IMG/VR virus record: IMGVR_UViG_3300020707_000002
Source of the DNA: a virus
Reading direction: 5' to 3' (one strand)
Length of the DNA stretch: 38,810 nt
Positions 1-6,576 of this stretch are shown here, piece after piece (the first letter of the stretch is position 1; each line of letters opens with the position of its first letter). Below the pieces are notes generated by a model that saw only the letters and a list, made by a program, of their open reading frames with translations, ran no database searches and was not told where the DNA came from. Made by a program: the position numbers and the translations under genes.

Positions 1-127
1 CACGTATTATTTTAGTTGTTTTAATCACGGGACAGGAAATAACTATGACTCAATAACAAGAGTCAGAACAATAACCGCAATTATAGGGAAGCGATGAACT
101 ATATAATCTATAATTCCAATACAGGAC
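1..127. repeat. Terminal direct repeat, copy 1 (identical to 38684..38810)
   Basis: Base-by-base comparison: cacgtattattttagttg...ataattccaatacaggac occurs at both ends. Confidence 0.97.
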
Positions 128-543
128 AGATACACCGGACGGGTTCATGTCCTGAAGCATATATCGAAATTCAATGCTTGGGTGGAGAGGAGCTGCTTAT
201 TGGTGATGCGAACCCTTTAACGCAATACGTTCTGGCCGGAGCCGTAACTACATTCACTGAGGCAGAGCAGTCAGCGAAGGACAATCTCACTTATGGCTAC
301 GCATGGGCAATGCCGGAGAGAGCCGTAGTGCAGATACTGACTGATGATGAGATAACCGCTTACCTCGCAACTCAAGCAAGGGCAAAGCGGGATCAGCTAC
401 TCACGTCCTGCGATTGGACACAGACGGCAGATCAATCGTCTGCAATTAAAACACTCTGGCAAACATACCGACAGGCACTAAGGGACGTCACGATACAGAC
501 CGGATTTCCTGAAACAATTGATTGGCCCACGCCGACAGAATAG
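94..543 (+). CDS. Tail-fibre assembly chaperone-like protein (Tfa/DUF4376-like C-terminus)
   Basis: Its ATG overlaps the stop of the 1566-aa fibre gene (ATGA) across the circular junction. The C-terminal pattern RDQLLTSCDWTQ..WQTYRQALRDVT..PETIDWPTP resembles the conserved end of phage tail-fibre assembly proteins. Confidence 0.6.
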   Translation: MNYIIYNSNTGQIHRTGSCPEAYIEIQCLGGEELLIGDANPLTQYVLAGAVTTFTEAEQSAKDNLTYGYAWAMPERAVVQILTDDEITAYLATQARAKRDQLLTSCDWTQTADQSSAIKTLWQTYRQALRDVTIQTGFPETIDWPTPTE

Positions 544-547
544 CCCA

Positions 548-590
548 ACTTTGTCCGCAAAACGCGCATTGCTGGCATGGTACATTTAAG
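548..590 (+). promoter_or_regulatory. Late promoter-like box, copy A (ACTTTGTCCGCAAAACGCGCA, then TACATT/TTTAAG)
   Basis: The 21-nt box at 548..568 is identical to 23317..23337, and 16 nt of it is identical to 18539..18554. A -10-like TACATT lies at 581..586. The element sits 21 nt upstream of the ATG at 611. Confidence 0.6.
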
Positions 591-610
591 CAACACTTAA
601 ACAAGGAACC

Positions 611-1342
611 ATGCCAGCAATCACAAAAGGAACGGAACTTCTAAGACCGCAGGATGCCGGACTGAGTACGCGATATTTCGATTCAATGTCAATCGCCGCC
701 ACCGGAATGCTTATGCCATCCATCGAGACCGGAGGCTGGAAAGAGTGCATCGTCGATCTGACGATCACAGGCTCCGCCGTTATTAGCTACATGGAGAGCA
801 ACGACGGAGTGACATGGACAGGCGTGAACTCAACGCTTAATCTCGCAACTGGAGCCCAGGGAGGGACAGCTAACGCATCAGGAAAATACTCGTTACCACT
901 TGCCGCCAGATTTGCCTCAGTGCAGGTAACCTCATGGACAAGTGGAACCGTATCCATGACCGCACTATTCAACCTGGAGCAAACTATTCTGTTCCAGCAA
1001 GTCAACGCGCAGAGAATACAGCTCGTCACCCCGGCAAAAACCACCCTCTCGACAACCGCCGAAACCGCAATCATACCGGCCTCTGGTGCGGGATTTTACA
1101 ACGACATCGGCTGGCTATTGATGACGAACACCAGCGCAACAGCAACATCTGTGGATATCAGGAGCGCAACAGGCGGGGCCATAATCGCATCGGTAGCACT
1201 ACCAGCCGGAGCGACCGTTTTCCTGGATTTTGTGAGCGTCCTGCTTATCCAGATCGCAGCGAACACTGTGTGGACTGCGCAATTAACAACCGCAGTAACA
1301 GACGTGAGGATCACGGCTGGAGCGTCTAAAAATACGATGTAA
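611..1342 (+). CDS. Hypothetical late protein, Ser/Thr/Ala-rich and probably beta-rich (possible virion-associated protein)
   Basis: 243-aa ORF preceded by aaggaacc, sharing TAATG stop/start overlap with the next gene. No family recognised. Confidence 0.6.
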   Translation: MPAITKGTELLRPQDAGLSTRYFDSMSIAATGMLMPSIETGGWKECIVDLTITGSAVISYMESNDGVTWTGVNSTLNLATGAQGGTANASGKYSLPLAARFASVQVTSWTSGTVSMTALFNLEQTILFQQVNAQRIQLVTPAKTTLSTTAETAIIPASGAGFYNDIGWLLMTNTSATATSVDIRSATGGAIIASVALPAGATVFLDFVSVLLIQIAANTVWTAQLTTAVTDVRITAGASKNTM

Positions 1343-1671
1343 TGCCCCACAAAGTTGTTTTCAGATTAGCCGCTTCGACGGTAGACTGGACGGTTATCGC
1401 TTCAGGGCTGGTGGGATTTTTAGAGCCGGTATTCGGAGCACACCTTGTCAACACGGGAAGCATGATGGCGGGATTTGCCGCCCTGCTGATCGGGGTAGGA
1501 CGGTTTATTGTATTCGTGGCGACAGCAAGGAAGTCAACGGTCGAGACTCGGCAGATGGAAGAGAGGGTTGACCGCGAATCCGTAGGACGGCTCGAAGAAT
1601 TAGCCTGTCGCAATGCCCCTGCCTGCGAAACAAGAAGAGGAATCCACCTCAACAACCAGGAAGAAGAATAA
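1342..1671 (+). CDS. Putative holin (two transmembrane segments, charged C-terminus)
   Basis: Hydrophobic stretches WTVIASGLVGFLEPVFGAHLV and MMAGFAALLIGVGRFIVFVATA are followed by an R/E-rich tail. The gene is directly upstream of, and start/stop-overlapped with, the endolysin gene. Confidence 0.55.
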   Translation: MPHKVVFRLAASTVDWTVIASGLVGFLEPVFGAHLVNTGSMMAGFAALLIGVGRFIVFVATARKSTVETRQMEERVDRESVGRLEELACRNAPACETRRGIHLNNQEEE

Positions 1672-2090
1672 TGATCAACAGCAGAAAGATTGAAGACCTC
1701 CACCCTCACGTACAACCGCTATGCGAAAATTTCTTGTCAGAATGCAAGAAGTCAGGCATTGATATACTGATTACCAGTACTTACAGGGATATCGAGAGCC
1801 AGAACACTCTTTATGCTCAAGGCAGGACGAGGCTGGGGCTAATCGTGACGAATGCAAAAGGCGGGCAGAGCTTCCACAACTACTGTGTGGCTTTCGACAC
1901 CGTGCCAGTCGTGCATGGGAAACCTGACTGGGATAATGAGGACTTGTGGCTGAGTATTGGCCACATCGGTAAATCTTGTGGACTTGACTGGGCTGGCGAC
2001 TGGAAAAGTTTCAAAGAGAAGCCGCACTTTCAATTTAGTGGCGGACTATCAATAAGAGATTTTCAGGCAGGGAAAACCCTTCCTGAGTAA
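1671..2090 (+). CDS. Endolysin, peptidase M15 (VanY/L-alanyl-D-glutamate peptidase-like)
   Basis: Zinc-peptidase motifs are visible: GGQSFHNYCVAFD (H-x6-D) and EKPHFQF. Size and layout resemble small phage M15 endolysins. Confidence 0.85.
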   Translation: MINSRKIEDLHPHVQPLCENFLSECKKSGIDILITSTYRDIESQNTLYAQGRTRLGLIVTNAKGGQSFHNYCVAFDTVPVVHGKPDWDNEDLWLSIGHIGKSCGLDWAGDWKSFKEKPHFQFSGGLSIRDFQAGKTLPE

Positions 2091-2122
2091 TAACAACCAA
2101 CCAACAAAAGGAGAACAACACT

Positions 2123-2422
2123 ATGGACTTTTCAAGCATCTCCGGATTCCTTGCTCCGGTGATTATTTTCGCGCTGGGCGCAGTGAAGGCATTTGCCTAC
2201 GTCAATCAGTACAAGGATAAGCTTGTCCTTGCTGAAAATGCGCTCCAAGCGGTCAAAGCTGGCGCAGATGGTACGCTGTCATTGCTTGGCGAAGTTGTTG
2301 CTGCAAGCGCAGACAACAGCCTGTCTATTGACGAGTTTAATCAGATCGTAAAGACGGCCGCAGACATTCCCGGGGCTATCAAGATTGCTCTTAAAAAGAG
2401 TGCGATTGCTACAGCCGCATGA
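2123..2422 (+). CDS. Membrane-anchored lysis-cassette protein (N-terminal TM; holin/antiholin or spanin-related)
   Basis: Good Shine-Dalgarno sequence (aaaggag). The N-terminal TM is ISGFLAPVIIFALGAVKAFAYV and the rest looks helical. Position is inside the lysis cluster. Confidence 0.5.
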   Translation: MDFSSISGFLAPVIIFALGAVKAFAYVNQYKDKLVLAENALQAVKAGADGTLSLLGEVVAASADNSLSIDEFNQIVKTAADIPGAIKIALKKSAIATAA

Positions 2423-2640
2423 GTGAGTGGATCGCAAAAATAACAGAATCCGCCATGCTCGGACTATGCAAAGCTCTTGCCACACCGGGCGTACTGCTCG
2501 GTTTGGTACGGGCATGGAGGCAGGCAAATGAGCCGGAACAGGTAATCGCAAGTAAACCAACAAAAGACGATGACAACTTTCTTCGGTCGGCACAAAAAGA
2601 CGGCTGGGTTAATATCCCTGTTGTTGATAAGCGCGTGTAG
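2419..2640 (+). CDS. Candidate i-spanin-like membrane protein
   Basis: ATGA overlap with the upstream gene. N-terminal hydrophobic segment AMLGLCKALATPGVLLGLV. Its 3' end overlaps the lipoprotein ORF that follows. Confidence 0.4.
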   Translation: MSEWIAKITESAMLGLCKALATPGVLLGLVRAWRQANEPEQVIASKPTKDDDNFLRSAQKDGWVNIPVVDKRV

Positions 2641-2806
2641 CAGTTCAAGCAGAGTAATGTACCTCGGAAGAGGTACAACCAAGATGGTACAGCTTAGGGA
2701 AACATTGAAGGGTGTGAAAGTGTGGGCTAAAGATTCCACAGGTGTAGCAGTGCCAATGATCGCTGATCTTCCTGAGGGGGGATTTTATCGAGGTGATTTA
2801 AAATAA
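2570..2806 (+). CDS. Candidate o-spanin-like outer-membrane lipoprotein
   Basis: Signal peptide with basic n-region (GRHKK), hydrophobic core and lipobox L-I-S-A-C. It starts inside the preceding ORF in another frame, which is the overlapped spanin architecture. Confidence 0.5.
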   Translation: MTTFFGRHKKTAGLISLLLISACSSSSRVMYLGRGTTKMVQLRETLKGVKVWAKDSTGVAVPMIADLPEGGFYRGDLK

Positions 2807-2840
2807 TTATTATATTCGTTTCTGACCGATTTGTTTACTC

Positions 2841-2875
2841 CCTCCGATACGCCATCGGAGGATTTGATTTTTAGC
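2841..2875 (+). terminator. Rho-independent terminator-like hairpin after the lysis cassette
   Basis: 8-bp stem cctccgat / atcggagg (2841..2848 and 2854..2861) with a 5-nt loop, followed by the T-rich atttgattttt. Confidence 0.5.
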
Positions 2876-2887
2876 TGATTTGGCGGG

Positions 2888-3124
2888 TTTTGTAGCATAT
2901 TTGTATCTCGAAAATAAGGAAATCCCGTATACTGTTATATATTGATAAGATAGCGGAACATAGTAAAGATATGCCTTATCTCCGCCCTTACGACCTCGAA
3001 CAACCGCCAAACGTCCTTTCGTCTACGCAATTCAATGGCTTCGGGCTCTTTTAAGGGTTTTTGAAACTTTTCAGTGTCCTTTTATGTGCCTTTGTGGTGG
3101 CAATTTTTGTATCATATTTGTACC
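2888..3124. repeat. Direct repeat pair ttttgtaGcatatttgtaTc / ttttgtaTcatatttgtaCc (18/20) in the int-proximal intergenic region
   Basis: Copies lie at 2888..2907 and 3105..3124. Each contains two TTTGTA units, and the second copy ends 20 nt before the int ATG. Confidence 0.5.
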
Positions 3125-3143
3125 ATGATAAAAGGGGGCAAAT

Positions 3144-4349
3144 ATGATAAAAGTTGCAGTCCGGTCGCGTACGATTTCCGGAGGTCGGTTATCTCTCTAT
3201 TTGGATTACTGGCCACCCATCAAACTTATGAGCGGGAAGGAGACCAGGCGCGAAAACCTGAAACTCTACTTGTATAGTCGGGCTCGTACCTCACTTGAGA
3301 AAATGCACAATCGTGAAACAGAATCCTTGGCAGAAACAATCCGTTCACGGCGGCAGATTGAAGTTCAATCTTCATCTTACGGCATAACTCGGTACGGGGC
3401 TGATATCCCTGTCGGGGAGTTTCTCGAAGAGCAAACAAAGAAGAGGACGGAAATGTCGCAGGTTTCATGGAACAACATGCTCTATCATGCGAGAGAGCAA
3501 AAGTTCTGGTCGATCCCCATCTCACAGCTCGATGTTGGCCACTGTCTCCGATTTAGATCAGCCTTGGTTGACAAGATCACGAAGAAGGAACTAATGGCGA
3601 GTACCGCTCATGGATACCTGGCTTCTTTTCGCACGGCGATCCGATATGCTTATAAGTCAGGTATTATAGATCACAATCTCGTTGATAGGTTTGACACTAT
3701 CAAACCCTCACAGGCGAAGCGAGAATACCTGTTACTGGAAGAATTGAACCAGCTTATAGCAACACCTGTACGTCCTGAAATCGTCAGGACAGTATCAATC
3801 TTTGCGGCTTTGGCGGGGATGCGGATATCGGACGTGAGGGCCCTGAAATGGGAAAATGTCACGGAATCGGAGGATGGGGGGGCGGTATTAGATTTTATCA
3901 TGGTGAAGATCAAGAAGAGGCACGTACTACCCATCGGGAAGCAAGCAAGGGGATTGATGGGAAAGCGACCAGAGGAAGAAGCTTTGGGCGCAATGGGAAG
4001 ATCAAGTCGGTACATCACAGAGAAAGTTCCGCGTTCAAACAGTTTCGTATGGCCGTGGATCCCGTGCAACGGATATCTAACCGATACGATAGCGAAATGG
4101 GTAAAAGATGCGGGCATAACGAAGCATATCACCATGCACTGCTTCCGCCACACCTACGCCACTTTGCAGTTGTCGGCAGGGACTGATCTGAAAACTCTGT
4201 GTGATCTCTTAGGGCAATCCGATATCAAGACCACTCAGATATATGCAAAAGTGCTGGATGAGAGCAAGGCGCGGGCTGCTAACAGGGTTATCGTTAACTT
4301 AACGGTCGCGCAAGTAAAGGATGAGGACGAAAGCTTAATTAATAACTGA
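3144..4349 (+). CDS. int: Tyrosine recombinase / phage integrase
   Basis: Catalytic signature is visible: AGMRISDVRAL (Arg), HCFRHTYAT (H-x-x-R) and TTQIYAKV (Tyr). The N-terminal RLSLYLDYWPP region resembles the arm-binding/SAM-like N-termini of Bacteroidota/Chlorobiota-type integrases. Confidence 0.9.
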   Translation: MIKVAVRSRTISGGRLSLYLDYWPPIKLMSGKETRRENLKLYLYSRARTSLEKMHNRETESLAETIRSRRQIEVQSSSYGITRYGADIPVGEFLEEQTKKRTEMSQVSWNNMLYHAREQKFWSIPISQLDVGHCLRFRSALVDKITKKELMASTAHGYLASFRTAIRYAYKSGIIDHNLVDRFDTIKPSQAKREYLLLEELNQLIATPVRPEIVRTVSIFAALAGMRISDVRALKWENVTESEDGGAVLDFIMVKIKKRHVLPIGKQARGLMGKRPEEEALGAMGRSSRYITEKVPRSNSFVWPWIPCNGYLTDTIAKWVKDAGITKHITMHCFRHTYATLQLSAGTDLKTLCDLLGQSDIKTTQIYAKVLDESKARAANRVIVNLTVAQVKDEDESLINN

Positions 4350-4449
4350 TTATCTGGACAAGACCAAGATTATGGTTTAAATATTACGCTACTTTCAACA
4401 AGCTATTTTTCATTTTGTGAGATTATTTCACATTATCTTATGTTTCTTC

Positions 4450-4478
4450 TTGGAACATAAATAAATAATGTGCATATT
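4450..4478 (+). promoter_or_regulatory. Sigma70-like promoter candidate (TTGGAA-N17-CATATT)
   Basis: Hexamers at 4450..4455 and 4473..4478 with a 17-nt spacer, in an AT-rich gap upstream of the ATG at 4522. Confidence 0.35.
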
Positions 4479-4521
4479 TAATCAGAAGGCAAATGAAACA
4501 ACAACAAAACGGAGATTGAAA

Positions 4522-5085
4522 ATGACACATACAGAAATAACAAAAGCAATTGATAGTGGAAATTACGAGATCAAATTAACGAGTGATTGTGGGTGCCAGT
4601 TTTCCTGGGGGATTGACAGGCAAGGCAGATTTAATGATGACGACTCAATCTCAGATTGTTGTTGGATTGGTAACGTACTCACGATTAATGATGATCTGAT
4701 CGCCGAGTATGTTGCCGGTAGTGGCTTTAAATGGCTTGTTGATATGGGTGGGGTTGAGGATTTGGATAAGATCGAGGAAAAGCTGTCAGATGAGATGTAC
4801 ATCAGCGATGACGAGATAACTGGAGAGGCCCACGAATCGAAAAGGAAGGAAAGCCTGGTAGATGGATTAAAAGATTTAATTTCAGACGGCGCAAGACTCT
4901 ACAGGGACAACGAAAGAGGATTTGCAAACGAGTACACGGGCATACTTGTGATGCCTGGGGCAAAATTAGAAGATGAAAATATTGAGGATTGGGATGAGCT
5001 GGAACCGGAAGTATGGGCTGATGAATATCTCTACAGTGGAGATGCTGCAACGCAAGCATTTAATGGATGTAGGGTTGTCGAATAA
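4522..5085 (+). CDS. Highly acidic hypothetical protein (187 aa from the internal ATG)
   Basis: The ATG at 4522 has ggag 8 nt upstream; the ORF-track start at 4468 lies inside the candidate promoter. By my count about 45 D/E against about 16 K/R. No family recognised. Confidence 0.65.
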   Translation: MTHTEITKAIDSGNYEIKLTSDCGCQFSWGIDRQGRFNDDDSISDCCWIGNVLTINDDLIAEYVAGSGFKWLVDMGGVEDLDKIEEKLSDEMYISDDEITGEAHESKRKESLVDGLKDLISDGARLYRDNERGFANEYTGILVMPGAKLEDENIEDWDELEPEVWADEYLYSGDAATQAFNGCRVVE

Positions 5086-5142
5086 ATTTAATCAATCAAC
5101 CAGCGCGGGGGAAACCCCGCATAACTTAAACAAAAGACTATC

Positions 5143-5586
5143 ATGAAAAGCAACAAACTTACAGTAGCTGAGGGAATTATGGATTCAGCAGAAGAAGAAT
5201 ACCGATCAGAAAATCTTGCAAGCATAGATACTGTCATGGAATACGCTGATGGAATTGAAGTAAGCATCTCAGAGGAAGAAACTGAAGAAATTTTAGACGT
5301 CTGTAAAGCAATGCAGAATCGTCTCGATTCCGGAGAAATCCCGACAACAGATGACTGGTATCATAATTTTAAAAATCCTCTCTCTCAGACAAGGGGCGAA
5401 AAGATAGCGGACGCTATGCACGAAAAAGAGCTTGATGGGGCTGAGTATGTGACTTATGGGGATGGTGATTTAGGAGTCCCTATCCCGATTTTTGAAGCGA
5501 GGGCCGATTTTGAGCAGATGGATGATGATCAGATAGGAGAGGGCACGTGGTATGTGTGCGACGCAAACGGGACGATAACTGAATGA
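5143..5586 (+). CDS. Highly acidic hypothetical protein (147 aa)
   Basis: By my count about 37 D/E against about 10 K/R. It follows a GNRA-loop hairpin (gcgggg gaaa ccccgc, 5105..5120). Confidence 0.65.
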   Translation: MKSNKLTVAEGIMDSAEEEYRSENLASIDTVMEYADGIEVSISEEETEEILDVCKAMQNRLDSGEIPTTDDWYHNFKNPLSQTRGEKIADAMHEKELDGAEYVTYGDGDLGVPIPIFEARADFEQMDDDQIGEGTWYVCDANGTITE

Positions 5587-5840
5587 TGGCATTTACCATA
5601 ACCGAGGCGGAGGTTATCCGACTCACGGGGTACAGCCGTCAGCAGCTCCAGCGCTTTAGACTGGGCAGTAAGCAAGTACAGGCGGGAAAAACATATGAAG
5701 CATCTCCCGTACTAGTTGAAGATCAGGATTGGAAGCGATACGGGGGGAAAGTTGACGTAGACGTCAAGCGGAAAGGCGGGGCGGTACTGTATGCTCCCCG
5801 CGCTGTCACGATCTTGCAAGCACGTCGAGAGTTGGCGTAA
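5583..5840 (+). CDS. Small helix-turn-helix DNA-binding protein (excisionase/AlpA-like candidate)
   Basis: ATGA overlap with the upstream gene. ITEAEVIRLTGYSRQQLQRFR looks like an HTH_17/MerR-type helix-turn-helix. The gene lies in the int-proximal block. Confidence 0.5.
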   Translation: MMAFTITEAEVIRLTGYSRQQLQRFRLGSKQVQAGKTYEASPVLVEDQDWKRYGGKVDVDVKRKGGAVLYAPRAVTILQARRELA

Positions 5841-5886
5841 AATTGCGTATAATACTCCATTATCAACTTTAACAAAGGGGAATGAA

Positions 5887-6192
5887 ATGGAAAAAGTGAA
5901 CGGCTCTCCGTGCGATCCTGAAAAAATTAAAAAGATTGAAAAATACCTGGAAGTTAAGTTTGGCAAAGATTCTGTCAGAAGTGATTTCAAGGAAAATAAT
6001 CAAGTATTTAAGATAGGGTTGCCTAATAGAACCCGGATTTTAAAATTAGAGCGTGAATTTATCGATGATCATGATGCCGAAGAAATAATTATTCTCTTCG
6101 ATGGCTGGTCTCTAATAACAAGACTTCAAAATGAGCCAGAGCATTGGGTTTATGTTAGCACTCGATCCGGTCTTCAGCCTTTTTTGTTTTAA
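5887..6192 (+). CDS. Hypothetical protein (101 aa)
   Basis: The internal ATG at 5887 is preceded by aagggg. The longer 5791 start would overlap the previous gene by 50 nt. Confidence 0.5.
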   Translation: MEKVNGSPCDPEKIKKIEKYLEVKFGKDSVRSDFKENNQVFKIGLPNRTRILKLEREFIDDHDAEEIIILFDGWSLITRLQNEPEHWVYVSTRSGLQPFLF

Positions 6193-6514
6193 AACCGGCC
6201 TGGTAGTAGGATGAACTGCATTGTTGTCGTCGGAAATTAAAAATCATCCAATTTCGGAAATTAACAATCACCCGGGCAGCGGATTTAAATTACGTTATTT
6301 CAACGCCCAACGGCGTTCGCCTACGTCCGAGGTGTGTCGGAATGGTGTAATTCGATCACCCCTGAACGTATCGTGCCTGACACTTCAGTGTCCTTTCGTC
6401 TTTCGCACAAAGTACGTACATTATATGCTGAGGTTAGGAGTAAAGACCCTGCACGGCCTTGCGGGGCATAAAATTAAAATCTAAAAATAATAACGGCACT
6501 GCTGAATTTGTCCG

Positions 6515-6520
6515 TATAAT
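6515..6520 (+). promoter_or_regulatory. Perfect -10 hexamer TATAAT upstream of the outer-membrane protein gene
   Basis: TATAAT lies 56 nt before the ATG at 6577. No good -35 was seen. Confidence 0.3.
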
Positions 6521-6576
6521 AAGGCCAGCTTCATCAGCTTTAACGTTAATTCTTTATTCAAAAAAACATCAAAACA

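Noticed and set aside
571-590. TGGCA...GCA in late box copy A resembles a sigma-54 -24/-12 element.
   Set aside because: The GG-to-GC spacing does not fit the fixed sigma-54 spacing. In addition, the TGGCA is not conserved in copies B or C.
934-1329. 131-aa plus-strand ORF overlapping 611..1342 in another frame, plus antisense ORFs at 787..1074 and 1096..1350.
   Set aside because: The translation is Arg/His/Asn-rich and unprotein-like. The 611 frame has the ribosome-binding site and is coupled to its neighbours.
2810-3010. 66-aa minus-strand ORF in the int-upstream gap, and the 67-aa plus-strand ORF at 3074..3277.
   Set aside because: No start context and odd composition. The region is better explained as attP, regulatory and terminator DNA. 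The second ORF overlaps the integrase N-terminus out of frame.
2940-3030. Search for a tRNA 3' fragment (T-arm/acceptor) as an attP core near int, and for tRNA genes in all intergenic gaps.
   Set aside because: No segment forms a T-arm with a TTCRANY loop plus acceptor stem, and no cloverleaf candidates were seen by eye. A dedicated tRNA scan would be needed to be certain.
3013-3082. 12-mers shared between the int-upstream gap and the 6193..6576 gap: gtcctttcgtct at 3013 and 6390, and tcagtgtccttt at 3071 and 6385. I considered them possible att-like boundaries of a mobile int cassette.
   Set aside because: Exact 12-mer pairs are expected dozens of times by chance in 38.7 kb, and there is no extended similarity around them.
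4416-4432. Palindrome TGTGA-N7-TCACA resembling a CRP/FNR-type site upstream of the acidic-protein genes.
   Set aside because: The spacer is 7 nt rather than the canonical 6. There is a single occurrence in AT-rich DNA, so it cannot be distinguished from chance or from an unrelated operator.
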